This document shows positions 1-11,398 of a stretch of 64,000 nt of DNA, in pieces (position 1 is the stretch's first letter; every line of letters begins with the position of its first letter). Origin of the DNA: a virus; the IMG/VR virus record IMGVR_UViG_3300025030_000046, positions 32,001 to 96,000 of that record; one strand, written 5' to 3'. Below the pieces are notes generated by a model. That model was given only the letters and a program-made list of their open reading frames with translations, was not told the DNA's origin and made no database searches. Position numbers and translations under genes: made by a program.

Positions 1-633
1 TACTACATCCACTTGAGCTTCGTCAAAATCAATTGTAAACCACTGTTGTTTTCTAAATGCGTTTAAGTGTAGTTGCTTTGGATATATGCCGTATTCATCG
101 TATATTGCCATTGCGTAGAGCGTCATTTGTTTCCAATACTCTTTTGCCTTTGCACTTTTCACACTTTTAGGGTCTGAGGATTTGTGATCAATTATATGTA
201 GATTGCCTTCCTTATCCTTAACAAGCAGATCTATAAAGCCTTTTATATTTAAGTTGTTTATTTTGAAATTGATTTCTTTCTCAACTGCTATAATCTCAAA
301 ATCTCCAAAACCTTCGAATCCCTCGAAATAAGCTATACCACTAGCTAAATATGTTTGATCTAGTTTTACGTACTTATTTGGCGGAGCTTTATGTGGTATT
401 GCTTTTTTAAAGCTTTCTTGAAAAATAGAAGATAATTCATATATTTCAACCTCTCCTTTAGCATATTTTTCAAGTATTTCATGTATTAAAGTTCCATATT
501 CCGCAAAAAAGTTATTTTCGCCCTTAATACAATCTATGTATGCTAATTTCCACGAATATGGACATTGGTGGAAGCTCGATAATCTTGAAAATGACCAAAT
601 CATATCCTCTATAATGAAGCTATATCCTGACAT
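1..633 (-). CDS. PD-(D/E)XK (RecB/Cas4-like) exonuclease, runs off window edge
   Basis: Manual translation from ATG 633 (RBS AAGGAG): WSFSRLSSFHQCPYSW...YGTLIHEILE...KGFIDLL...IIDHKS...QMTLY. Confidence 0.85.
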   Translation of the reverse strand, partial: MSGYSFIIEDMIWSFSRLSSFHQCPYSWKLAYIDCIKGENNFFAEYGTLIHEILEKYAKGEVEIYELSSIFQESFKKAIPHKAPPNKYVKLDQTYLASGIAYFEGFEGFGDFEIIAVEKEINFKINNLNIKGFIDLLVKDKEGNLHIIDHKSSDPKSVKSAKAKEYWKQMTLYAMAIYDEYGIYPKQLHLNAFRKQQWFTIDFDEAQVDVV

Positions 634-647
634 ACAATTCCTCCTTT

Positions 648-1655
648 TTATTCTCTAATTTTATATTTATAGTTATTAAAAAGATTCTGCCATATTTCTA
701 TACCTTTATCATAAGGAGAGTCTTTTGATTTCAGTAAATTGTCTTTATCATAAACATACTGCACATTTGTAAACAAAGAAAAAGGAGTGATTATTTTATA
801 TAATTCCTTCTCCGCAACATCTTTATCAAATGCGAATATGATATTGCATTTTAATGACAATAATAATTCAACCTGTTTTTGTGTCATTATTTTTGTCGAA
901 ATGCTTACCACGTTATCGAATCCAAAACTATCTAAAATCATAACTCCCTTTTCGGCTTCAACCACAATTACTTCATTTTTTAATTTTATATTTTTCATGT
1001 TTTGATTTAACCCAAAAAGAAAATCATTTGTGCCAATAGAGTTATAATATATATATTTTGCAATACCGAGGTCTTGGTAATTTTGGTATAACGTCCTTGC
1101 TTTAATAGCCAATATTTTATGTTCTACATCTTTTATAGGAAACACAATAGCGTTGCTTTTTTCATCATACCTTACCTCATATTTATCTAAAATCTCTTGA
1201 GACATCCCTTCTGTCAACCATTCTTTTATTGGCTTATTAGTATATTGATTCATAATATTCTCTGGTAAATAAATGCGATTTAAATTATCTCTAGGATCTT
1301 TTTTGATGTTGCTTTTGTATAGAAAATCCATAATTTTACTAGGTTCTTTTTCTTCTATATCTATGTCAACCAATTGCAGAACATGTTCTACTGCTTTCGG
1401 GAAAGATAATTTGTGATATTGCATTATAAAATTAATCAAATACCCTTTACTGTCACAGCCCATACACTTATAAACATTTTTTTCTGAATTAAAACTCAAC
1501 GATGGATTAATATCTCCTCCGTGAAAACAACAAGGAGTCCAGTATTCGTTAGATCTCCTGCCCACACCTTGTCTTAATTCTAAATACTGGCTGGCATATT
1601 CTACGATTGATATTGAATTATTAATTTGTGTAATTTGTTCAAAAGCATATTCCAT
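648..1655 (-). CDS. DnaG-type phage DNA primase (CHC2 zinc finger + TOPRIM)
   Basis: CCFH...CMGC zinc finger; IVFPI; VVEAEK; FAFDKD TOPRIM acidic motif. Confidence 0.9.
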   Translation of the reverse strand: MEYAFEQITQINNSISIVEYASQYLELRQGVGRRSNEYWTPCCFHGGDINPSLSFNSEKNVYKCMGCDSKGYLINFIMQYHKLSFPKAVEHVLQLVDIDIEEKEPSKIMDFLYKSNIKKDPRDNLNRIYLPENIMNQYTNKPIKEWLTEGMSQEILDKYEVRYDEKSNAIVFPIKDVEHKILAIKARTLYQNYQDLGIAKYIYYNSIGTNDFLFGLNQNMKNIKLKNEVIVVEAEKGVMILDSFGFDNVVSISTKIMTQKQVELLLSLKCNIIFAFDKDVAEKELYKIITPFSLFTNVQYVYDKDNLLKSKDSPYDKGIEIWQNLFNNYKYKIRE

Positions 1656-1671
1656 AATGCCACCTTTTATA

Positions 1672-3018
1672 TTATAGATTTATTCCTTCTTTTGGCTGTT
1701 CTGGAGCTTGATAAATAGTCATCTTATTACCATCAAATACACAAGAAATACTTTCATCATCATTCATTTGTGCGCCAAGTCTATTTACTTTAATTTTCGC
1801 CTTATAATTGCCAACTTTCTTCCAGTCCATTCCTGCAATTTCGCTATCAGATTTCTTGCTCCAATACACTACTGTACTTACGTATCGTGCAATTTGGTCA
1901 GAATCGCCTATTTCATTTTGTTTATTTAACTGTGCCAATGATAATACTGGTATTTTTAAATCACCAGCGACTTCATTTTTAAGAGTATTGGTTAACGATC
2001 CTAGCTTTAAATAAGTTTCACTAGCGGTTGTAGCACTTGTGCATTTTAGATAATCGTAAACTAAGAAATTCATACCATACTTGTATTTAAGCATTTTTGC
2101 TGTAGTATATATTTTTTCAGAATTCCATGATGGATCGTAAATATGTATTAGTTTTTTAGATTTTATCCATGTAAGAGATTTTCTTAATCTTATTTCTTCT
2201 TCTATGCTATATGAACCGTTTTTTATATCTCTTACATTAACTTGCGCTAAATTTGCCAATGCCCTGACTGTAAATTCTTTGGTTGAGAGTTCGGTATCAA
2301 AATATCCTACAACAGCACCTTGCTCTAGCAGATTAATTGTTTCATTGAGACTGTAAGCCGACTTTCCATTTTTATACCTAGCAGCAACTAATATTAGACT
2401 GGTTGGAGAGTAATCAAAATAATCATTGAATAAAGGTATTTTAGACTTAAAATTATTATTGTTACTATTGCTGTCTGCTTTGATATCTTCCCAAATTCCG
2501 TCAATTATGTCTGCCATAATAGTGATTTCTTCTCTACCTATAATATATTCTTCACTTAGCTTATTTACGGCATCGTATATATCTCCACTTAAAATACTGA
2601 TATTATCTTGGTCTACATCTAAGCAAATATTATCAAACTTTTTTAGCTGTTTATGTAGCTCTCTTTTAAAAGCCAACGCTAAAACTCTATTTACTAGAAT
2701 TTTATATTCTTCTACTGAATTTCTTGAAACACTCTTAGAAAGATTTATATAATTTTCTAAATCTATTCCAAATTTATCGAAAGTACTTTTCATATTTTCA
2801 TTGCTGTTCATTATCGCAGAAAGATTAAAACTATCTATTGTTTCAATTCCCTGCTTAACTAGTTGGTTGATTCCCCAATATAGACTTGCTGATTCTTTAT
2901 TGTAAAAATGTGTATATTTTAATTGGTCACTATGCAAACAGAATGTTGGATTATAAATCAAAGTTGCGATTATTCCTGCCTCTGCTTGAGTGTCTGATAC
3001 AACTGGATTTTTTGACAA
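1672..3018 (-). CDS. DnaB-like replicative helicase
   Basis: AARYKNGKS Walker A, FDTE, VYDYL Walker B, LAQLN; adjacent to primase. Confidence 0.9.
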   Translation of the reverse strand: MSKNPVVSDTQAEAGIIATLIYNPTFCLHSDQLKYTHFYNKESASLYWGINQLVKQGIETIDSFNLSAIMNSNENMKSTFDKFGIDLENYINLSKSVSRNSVEEYKILVNRVLALAFKRELHKQLKKFDNICLDVDQDNISILSGDIYDAVNKLSEEYIIGREEITIMADIIDGIWEDIKADSNSNNNNFKSKIPLFNDYFDYSPTSLILVAARYKNGKSAYSLNETINLLEQGAVVGYFDTELSTKEFTVRALANLAQVNVRDIKNGSYSIEEEIRLRKSLTWIKSKKLIHIYDPSWNSEKIYTTAKMLKYKYGMNFLVYDYLKCTSATTASETYLKLGSLTNTLKNEVAGDLKIPVLSLAQLNKQNEIGDSDQIARYVSTVVYWSKKSDSEIAGMDWKKVGNYKAKIKVNRLGAQMNDDESISCVFDGNKMTIYQAPEQPKEGINL

Positions 3019-3044
3019 AATAACACCTCCTATTTATAATGAGA

Positions 3045-3066
3045 AGGGGTAGTTACCTACCCCTTT
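3045..3066. terminator. Hairpin between ssb and helicase
   Basis: AAGGGGTAG-TTAC-CTACCCCTT followed by T run on +. Confidence 0.55.
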
Positions 3067-3073
3067 TTTAAAA

Positions 3074-3454
3074 TTAAAGTTCAAACGGTTGCTCATCTTG
3101 GTTTGAGCTAGGGCTTGGTTTGTCATTAACTTGATTTGACTTACCATCTGCAAATCCAACTTGATCTGCTATAACTTCTGTTGCAAAGTGTTTTTTCTTT
3201 TCTGTATCTTCCCAACTGCGTGTTTGTAAACTTCCACATACAGACACACGCAAACCTTTTGTAAAATACTTGCTTGAGAATTCTGCGGTTTTCCCCCAAG
3301 ATACAATAGGAATAAAATCTACTTCTGGCTGCCCATCTTTTTTAAATTTTCTATCAACGGCTAGTGTGAAATTACAAACACATGTATTATTTCCACTGGT
3401 GTATCTTGCTTCTGGTTCTTTTGTCAATCTTCCTACTAGGCATATGTTGTTCAT
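3074..3454 (-). CDS. ssb: Single-stranded DNA-binding protein
   Basis: MNNICLVGRLTKEPE...FTLAVDR...GSLQTRSW; acidic PF-like tail; start moved to 3454 behind GGAGG. Confidence 0.95.
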   Translation of the reverse strand: MNNICLVGRLTKEPEARYTSGNNTCVCNFTLAVDRKFKKDGQPEVDFIPIVSWGKTAEFSSKYFTKGLRVSVCGSLQTRSWEDTEKKKHFATEVIADQVGFADGKSNQVNDKPSPSSNQDEQPFEL

Positions 3455-3477
3455 TATTAATCCTCCATTAAAATATT

Positions 3478-4131
3478 TTATATTTTGTTTATGTCTTGCA
3501 AACATTTTGTTGCTTGTTCTACGGTTTCAATTTTGCTAGGGTTTCCACTAACATGATAACTTGCTAAGACATTTTTTATCTTTGTTTTGGTTTCTTCGTC
3601 TTTATCTGCCTTTGTTTTTGCAAGAACCATAATATCTGATACTAATGATTTTAATTTTTCATCTACGGGTTCGCTAGGCTTATTGCTGGGTTTGTTGTTC
3701 GGTTTATTATTTTCTTTCTTTTGTGTTTTTGCTGATTTATCAGAATCAAAATCATCATCATTATCCGCTATGTTAAATGCATTCATCAAACTATATCTCT
3801 TTGCATAAGTAAGCGTTGCTCCACTATTCTGTGCTTTATTTGCTCCCTTAACTTCTGCTTTTTCAATATCGAATTGATAATCAACCTTGTCTTCAGAATT
3901 AGCATCGGCTAGAGTTAATATTGCAGTATAATAACCTTCTTTTGTTTCGTGAGTTTTTAAATTGAAGATTGATATCAATTCATGTTCTTCTAATAGTGGA
4001 TTTAAAGTTTTTAAGATATCGTCAGGCTTAAAATAATCATAATTGCTAAATGTGTTTTTCCCATCTTTTCCAACTCTAAAAGCATTACAAATTTTTACTA
4101 TCCTTTTTTTAACGCTTAATATTTCGCTCAT
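3478..4131 (-). CDS. ERF-family single-strand annealing protein
   Basis: GKNTFSNYDY...AQNSGATLTYAKRYSL...FNIADNDDD ERF signature. Confidence 0.85.
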   Translation of the reverse strand: MSEILSVKKRIVKICNAFRVGKDGKNTFSNYDYFKPDDILKTLNPLLEEHELISIFNLKTHETKEGYYTAILTLADANSEDKVDYQFDIEKAEVKGANKAQNSGATLTYAKRYSLMNAFNIADNDDDFDSDKSAKTQKKENNKPNNKPSNKPSEPVDEKLKSLVSDIMVLAKTKADKDEETKTKIKNVLASYHVSGNPSKIETVEQATKCLQDINKI

Positions 4132-4151
4132 GTTTCCTCCTGTTTTATATT

Positions 4152-4748
4152 TTATTTTATTATTTTTTCAAGTAAATAACTTGATTCAATATCGGCAGTA
4201 TGTAAGGTAATAATTGCTGGATATTTCTCGCTGGATTTATTATAGGCTTGCTTCATTTCATATTCCTCTGGTATCCCCATATGAAACAATATTGCCATTA
4301 CCTCAAGCTCTGATAGTCGCAAAAACTTTTGAAGAAGAATTACTGATTTGCTGCCATGCCCTAAAGGCAATTGGTCTTCAATTTCCCACACTTCTTTTTC
4401 AATCCAGTTATCAACTTCTTTGCCATATCCATTAATTTTTTTACCATCCTTTACGTTCTTTAATCCTTTCTTATAAAAATTACACTTACACAGATCATGC
4501 AGCAATGAACAAATAATTATTGTATCTTGAGATAATCCTAAATTAAAATATCTATTTTTTTCTTCAAAAAGCTCTTTTACTTTCCAAGAATGTTCAGCCA
4601 ATCCACCCTCGTAATTACAATGGTACTTGGTACTCGCTGGAGCTGTGAAATAATCTGTCTTACTCTCAAGGTAATCAATTAGCTTATCAATTCCTTCTCT
4701 TTGAACAGAATTTAAAGCATTGAGTATTTTTTCTTTATATTCGCTCAT
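4152..4748 (-). CDS. HD-domain phosphohydrolase
   Basis: APASTKYH...GGLAEHS...LLHDLCK...HG..S...HM...AD. Confidence 0.9.
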   Translation of the reverse strand: MSEYKEKILNALNSVQREGIDKLIDYLESKTDYFTAPASTKYHCNYEGGLAEHSWKVKELFEEKNRYFNLGLSQDTIIICSLLHDLCKCNFYKKGLKNVKDGKKINGYGKEVDNWIEKEVWEIEDQLPLGHGSKSVILLQKFLRLSELEVMAILFHMGIPEEYEMKQAYNKSSEKYPAIITLHTADIESSYLLEKIIK

Positions 4749-4876
4749 CTTTACTCCTTTCTTTTATTTTTATATTTAAACCCTTTCGGGATTAATAAAG
4801 TAAATCTATGTAAATTTAAAACTTAAAGCAATCTATATTAACCCACCATCCGCCACCATAAATCTCCCCCGTTACT

Positions 4877-5568
4877 CTAATCCCAAACTTTAAAAAGTTC
4901 CTCAGTAATATCAATATTAACTATCTCGTAACCTTCAATTTTATTTTTCCTAGTTTGCATAGTGTCTCGCAATGGAAGTGCGGAATAAATGCATTTGTGC
5001 AAACTATAAATTGTGCTTAATAGCCTTTTGAACGCCTTCCACCCATACTTATAATCACTATATTCTTTTTGTAATCTTAATCCTGATATTTCTTGTCCCA
5101 ATTCTAATGCTTCAGTCTCTAATTTCACGCATAAATTAGAATAATATTCTGGATTATGGTCAAACATTTCTAACAAATTAGTATATTCTCTAACAAGTTC
5201 TGATAAAACTTTCATTTGTTCATCTAAATACTTATATTTATGATGCATTTTTCTATCGTCTAAACTCTTTAAGGCTCCTAAAATTTCATCTTTTATATAT
5301 CTGATTATTTCATATCGAAATAATACATGTTGTTTATTTGCCATATTCCATCCTTCTCTACTTCAATTTCTTCTGGCAATAACTCCTCTTTAACTTCTTC
5401 AATTTTATCTACTATGTATTTAGCGTTTTCGTGTTTGCCATCTTTATTAAACCTAGTTACCCCCATAAATATTCTAACTGCTGATTGTTCATTCAACGCT
5501 TCAACAAAAGTTGTTCTTGTCATTGCATTATACCGAGTGTTTTCTGTGTAAGTGATGTTAAATTTCAT
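4877..5568 (-). other. Two hypothetical CDSs (4877-5344, 5305-5568)
   Basis: ORF track, RBS present, no recognisable motif. Confidence 0.6.
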
Positions 5569-5829
5569 TTTTTATTTCCTCTCTTTATATCTTCAATATT
5601 TTTCAATTCTTCTTGCGTTAATTTTTCTAATTTATACCCATGCAGTTTAGCCATTATTCCCGTGTACCTATCTTCTCCTAGTATTTCTCGAATTGTGAAT
5701 CCTTCTTTTTGCATTGTCATATTCTTCTCCTTTTAATTTTATATTTTACTTAATTGCTATGAAATGAAAATTTTATTGAAATATTGATTTCTACATCCTT
5801 ACTCCTGCAAGGGTTTCATTTTTACAAAT

Positions 5830-6772
5830 TTATTTATTAAGATGTTTTAAAATATGAACAATTACATCAACAGTCCACCCATTACCACATGCTTCATATC
5901 TTTCTTTTTTCTTAATTCCATCAATCAATGTATAATTATCAGGCAATGTTTGAAGCCTTTCAACTTCAATAGGCGTAAACTCACGAATATTATAATTTTC
6001 ATCAATAATACCATTTGGATTAATTCTTCTTAATGTAAAAGCTTTGCCATTACTTCTTACTGCATTTCCAAATTTTTTACTATTTCCTATTTGTGTTGCT
6101 GTATTTTTAAATATACATTTGTTGACTTTTGATTTATCATAATTAGTGTAATCTAATCTAGTCCTCGGCAAGTATGTATGCACAATATTATTTTCAATTA
6201 TGTCATCAATATAAATATGTTTGTCTTTTGGCTGCGTTATATCTGGTATGTTTGTCCAATATAATCTTTCTCTTGATTGAGCTGATACCAATTCACTATT
6301 AATCAATATTGGGCTAACACCTAAAGCATTTGTGATAATTCTCTTCCATTTTTCAGCCATTTTTACATTTTCTAATAAAAAATATTTTGGTTTAACATCT
6401 TTTAAAATTCTTATATATTCCCAAAATAAATATGAATAACCTTCAAATTCAAATCCGTTTTCTTTTAAATCCAAGTATTGGTCTAATGCCGTAATATCTA
6501 TTTTGTCTTTTGTAGACATTCCTCTCATTGACCCTGCAAATGAAAATGACTGACATGGACTACCCCCCAATTATAATATCTATATTTCTATAATCTTTCA
6601 CATTAATATCTCTTACATCACCTATTTCCACCGTATTTGGAAAGTTCTTCTTTGTAATATTAATAGAATAATCACAAATTTCACTTGCATAATATTTTTC
6701 TACTGGAATATCTGCCCTCTGTAAAGCTAATTGCCCACAGCTAATTCCATCAAACAAACTTAATACATTCAT
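5830..6772 (-). pseudogene. C5-cytosine DNA methyltransferase split by +1 frameshift in a G6 tract
   Basis: N-part LSLFDGISCG...IIIGG* and C-part GGSPCQ...LENV...RERLYW...GNGW join if one G is removed from 6563-6568. Confidence 0.88.
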
Positions 6773-7169
6773 TTTTACCTCACTGTTTTATATTTTACTT
6801 AATTGCTTTAAAACGAGAATTTTACTGTATTTTTTCTTCTCATTTTTATACTAATACGGCATCATAACTCCAAAATTCCCTTTTGCAATTAATTTATCTA
6901 CAATAATTGAATCATTATGCTTTAAGTCTTCTTTTCCAAGAACATTAAAACATTGTGCTAATATATCGCATTGGAAAGAAGTAAATTCTTCTTTGTTTTG
7001 TAATATAGCCCGCATATTTTTTTAAATTACCTTTTCTAATTTCATTACTCATTGTTTTTCTCCTTTCTATAAAAATCCGATTTTATTGCAAATTGCATTT
7101 CTGAACACCTACTTTCACTAGGTTTTCAGATTTGCCTATTTTTAAAATTTGCTTATTTTTAAAATTTGC

Positions 7170-7793
7170 TTATTTTATCTCATCTTTCCATGAATTGTCT
7201 ATTTCTCCAACAGATCTGTAACTAGCAACTGATTTACTTAAAGTTGAGTATAATGAATCTGTACCAACACTACTTGCAGTATAATTTGAAGCAAATTGTC
7301 CTTGGATTCCAAAGTTTTGTGCAGTATCAACTGCATCTATATTTGCTCCTAAAAATAAGAACTGCCAATTGTACTGATTAGTTTGAAGCTCAATCATTTC
7401 TTTAACTTTAGCTTGAGTAAATTCTCGGCTTGAATTTTCTTGACCATCAGTAGTAATTACGAATATAACTTTAGATGGTTTGTCATTTTCTTCAGTTTTA
7501 CTTAATCTTTCGCCTACAGTATTGATTGTCTTTCCTATTGCGTCCAATAGTGCAGTCATACCTCTAGCAAAATATTGTTTATTGGTTAACTTTTCTACTG
7601 ATTTAATGTCCACTCCATCATGTAAAACTTCATATTGGTCATCAAATAATACTGTTGTTAGAACCGCTTCTCCATCTTCTTGTTTTTGAGTTTCAACAAA
7701 TGAATTAAATCCACCTATTGTATCATTTGTAAGATTACTCATTGAACCACTTCTGTCTAGAATAAAGACTATTTCTGTTAAATTTTCTTTCAT
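7170..7793 (-). CDS. vWA (MIDAS) domain protein
   Basis: ILDRSGSM, GMTALLDAIG, ITTDGQENSS, FLGAN. Confidence 0.9.
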   Translation of the reverse strand: MKENLTEIVFILDRSGSMSNLTNDTIGGFNSFVETQKQEDGEAVLTTVLFDDQYEVLHDGVDIKSVEKLTNKQYFARGMTALLDAIGKTINTVGERLSKTEENDKPSKVIFVITTDGQENSSREFTQAKVKEMIELQTNQYNWQFLFLGANIDAVDTAQNFGIQGQFASNYTASSVGTDSLYSTLSKSVASYRSVGEIDNSWKDEIK

Positions 7794-7839
7794 TTTGTTC
7801 CTCCTAATTTTATATTTTTATTTAAAAGTCTTATTTTAA

Positions 7840-8253
7840 TTAATTTAAGATAGATTCAATCTCATTAAGTTCTAATTCAACCTTTTTGCCATCTGATAAC
7901 AATTTGATAAGCTTATCTTCCATCAATTTTAGCTTACTCTCTTCTGCTTTATGTGAAATAATTGCTATTCTGGCTTTAATGTCTGTGATCCAATCCTCTG
8001 CTTTATACCCGCTAATTATGTAGTCATCTAATACATCTAAATCTTTTGCGGAAATCACATAGGAGTTTAGCTTAACCATAAGTGAAATCAAATCTGGCTT
8101 CGTTAAAACTTGAATACTATATCTGACAGCATCAATCTCAAGAGAACAATTTGTAATTGGCGAAAACCTCGTTGATTTACTCAATTGAGCCTTCTTACTT
8201 TCTATTTGCTTCTTTAAAAGCATAATTCTTTGGTCATTTGTTTCATTATTCAT
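7840..8253 (-). CDS. Hypothetical phage protein
   Basis: 137-aa ORF coupled to upstream 8256-9356. Confidence 0.7.
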   Translation of the reverse strand: MNNETNDQRIMLLKKQIESKKAQLSKSTRFSPITNCSLEIDAVRYSIQVLTKPDLISLMVKLNSYVISAKDLDVLDDYIISGYKAEDWITDIKARIAIISHKAEESKLKLMEDKLIKLLSDGKKVELELNEIESILN

Positions 8254-8255
8254 AA

Positions 8256-9356
8256 TTAATTCTTATCCTTTCTATATAATTTATTATTTTTTAAATATTG
8301 GCACTTCAATGATGGTTTAAAATTATTATAAATTTCTTCTATAGTTCCGCTAAATAAAGGCTCTATGAAAATGTATTTTCTATTGCCTCTCCAATAATCA
8401 CCTTCGTAAGTATAATCATTTTGACTTTTAGGACGAACATAAAAACCATTTTTATTTTTGAGTTCTGTATTATTTAAGCTGCTATATTCTTTTGCTTCTA
8501 ATTTTTCATAATATCCATTAATATTTCCATAAAAAACACGATCCCACCAATATGAAGTTTTTTCTTTAAATTGCAATTCGAAATCTTCTAATGTTCTTAA
8601 TTCATATATGTCTTTATTTACATCATAAGGCGAATAATATGAATTGCATTCTAACTTATCAAATATTTCCGAATAATTACCTATACAATTATCGTCGATA
8701 CAAGAAATTATTTTTCCGCCAATGCTTTTGTATTTTATAAAATTGTCATCTTTGTTTTGCTTGTAAAACCAAAAATGCAATCCTTCATTTTCTCCATAGT
8801 AACCATACGCATCAAATCTCCCGATATAAATAATCTTTTCATTTTGATTTGTTAAGTATGTCGCCCCTATAATTAAATCTTTTGATTTGATTGAGCTTTT
8901 AGAATGAACTAATTTGTTAAATTCAGTAAGCTCTTTATAGTCTGGCGAGTCCGTTGGGATTAAAACTAAATCCTTTCCATCCCACCCATATACAAAATCG
9001 CCTTCTAGCCCCTTACCTTTTGTAGAGGTAGTGTTTTCTAGAATGTATAGAAGGTTGGGGATGGTAATTTCAAACTCAAATCCCCTTGGATCATAAACTC
9101 TACAATATGTTTGTCTGTGATTCCATCCAGTATCATAACCACCTGCCTTTTTATTAAGGACAAATCCAGATGTTGGGACATTTTCTGTAATAACATTCTC
9201 AATTTTCTTTTCTCTCCAGCTATTCCATGATGTTTCTTTTCTCAATACTCCTTTCTGGTCGTAATAAATTATGTAAGCTAACTTTTTTGTATATGTATCA
9301 CTTCTATTTTGAAAGCCTACATTAATTTTTTCTGGAATAAAAATATTACTTTTCAT
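8256..9356 (-). CDS. Hypothetical phage protein
   Basis: 366-aa ORF with RBS; N-terminal YDPRGFEFEI-type region. Confidence 0.75.
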   Translation of the reverse strand: MKSNIFIPEKINVGFQNRSDTYTKKLAYIIYYDQKGVLRKETSWNSWREKKIENVITENVPTSGFVLNKKAGGYDTGWNHRQTYCRVYDPRGFEFEITIPNLLYILENTTSTKGKGLEGDFVYGWDGKDLVLIPTDSPDYKELTEFNKLVHSKSSIKSKDLIIGATYLTNQNEKIIYIGRFDAYGYYGENEGLHFWFYKQNKDDNFIKYKSIGGKIISCIDDNCIGNYSEIFDKLECNSYYSPYDVNKDIYELRTLEDFELQFKEKTSYWWDRVFYGNINGYYEKLEAKEYSSLNNTELKNKNGFYVRPKSQNDYTYEGDYWRGNRKYIFIEPLFSGTIEEIYNNFKPSLKCQYLKNNKLYRKDKN

Positions 9357-9400
9357 ATATTCTCCTCTCTTTTATATTTTCAATCAAAAGCACATTTGAA

Positions 9401-11378
9401 TTAAATTTTAAATCTATATTCTTCAATGTTGCTTAACGCTTTAGTTAATAATTTTTCTAAATCATTGTCTCCACAAATGTATAAAAAATCTCCATTTATA
9501 TCATTCAAACACATCTCATAATTGTTGTCTTTAAACTTTCTTATTTTGATATCTTTAAGTTTAATTCCTATTTCTCCTCGCATAATTCCTCCTACTTTTG
9601 TTAAAAGAGTTATTTCGTATTAATTTTATTTTTTATATCAAATAAATAACTTGATATATCTTGCAAATTTAAACCTATGTAAACCAATATTCCCAATACA
9701 TTAATTTCAAAATGATTAAATGTATTTACTTTCATTAAATAACTTGTAAGTGCTACTAAAATTATCACATTTGTCAATTGTTTAATTCCATTCGACATAA
9801 GTATCTCCTTTTATTCATTTGGCATTTCATAAACTACAATATATTGATGGTCATGTGCTGGTTGAATATCTCGTAATGTTTCCTGTATATTGTCCATTAC
9901 TTGTAACGCCCTTTCCTCTGTGTCATAAATGCCTAATGTAACAATTATATTTTCTATTGAGCCAACTATTTATTTACTATTATTTTTAGCAAGTGATATT
10001 AATTTAAAATCTCCCAACCCACCTTTACTTTGACTTCTTATCCACATAACTTATCTCCTCCTTATAATAGTCGCTTACACCTTCTTCAAAATTTTCACAT
10101 TCTCCGAACTCATTAATTACTACCAAAGTATTTTCTAAACTATCAGTGCAACTATCTTCCCAATATTTCTTGCATTTTGTATTTCTACAGTGTAAAAACA
10201 TAATTAAAACCCTCCTTTTCAATCAAATATGCGTTTGAATCAAATTTCTCCATTCCAAGTAGCAAACTCTATATAATCGTTTTCCATTTGCTTTGTATCT
10301 TTTATATTTTGTTTTATGCTACTTTCATATATCCGTACTATTAATTTTGTCATATCTACCATATTATAGTTAATTTCTGTTTGCCAATCAGGATTTCGAA
10401 AATATTCTAATTTTATTTTTCCATTATTGTTACTAAAGTGACGCGTAATTAACTGAGTGGAAAATATTCTTCCTTTCTTATTAAGCGTTATGACACAACC
10501 TTCTAAATATCTTGCATCATCTTGACCATATGGTGATATTTCAACTTCATATTTATTTCCTGTTTCTGAGCTTACAATAGGATATTTTGAGTTAATACAT
10601 CCTCTATATGTATAATTTTTCATACATCAGAGCATTCATGATTGTAAGGCTTAAATATAATTTCTCTTTTCCCATCTATCCACCTTTTCCTAGCATTTTC
10701 GAGTTCCGTATTAGTTCTTTCTAGGCACTTTTTGCATTGACATCCATATTCCGTTAACATACAATCCTCCAATCTCATTAAAATGCAAGGTTTATTCAAT
10801 TTCTTTATCTACCCAAATTGGTATAACTCCATTTTTATATCTTTTTTCTGTTTTCATAAATTTCATATAATTCTTCATATGGTAGTTTTTCAAGAAGATT
10901 CAAAAGGTCGGCTTTATCTCCATAATATAAAAGACATTCCTCTTCGCTTATTGTTTTCATTATTTTTTCAACTATATCAAACATATAATCCGCCTTTCTA
11001 AATCAAACACAATTTTTATTTAGATTTTTTATTTAACTCAACAATACGATCAATTTCCTCATCCGACCAATTAGAAGGACTCATAGACTCACCCTCTGGC
11101 TCCCATACAAACTCATTTAATGGTTTATGCATACTGCAAGCACAACAATATGTAGCTCCGTAGAACCAAGGATTTCTCGCATAAGTGGCAGCAATTGTTT
11201 CTGGCATTGATGTAACTGTACCGCATGTTAAATGTTTATAACTTTTACGAAATGGTTTTATATAACCCTTGGTCAATTCTTCTTCTGAAAGCACTAGATA
11301 TGCTTTGTTTTGCTCTACTGGCTTATCATCTATGCCATATTTTAAATCTGGATTATTTATATCCGTAGTCAAACTCAT
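9401..11378 (-). other. Run of small hypothetical ORFs, including a nonsense-interrupted ORF at about 9811-10017
   Basis: ORF track plus manual translation; in-frame TAA at 9970-9972. Confidence 0.6.
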
Positions 11379-11398
11379 CTGTTTTTCTCCTTTATATG

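Noticed and set aside
6560-6562. TAG read-through or alternative genetic code in the MTase
   Set aside because: The downstream half is in a different frame, and other genes use TAG as a normal stop
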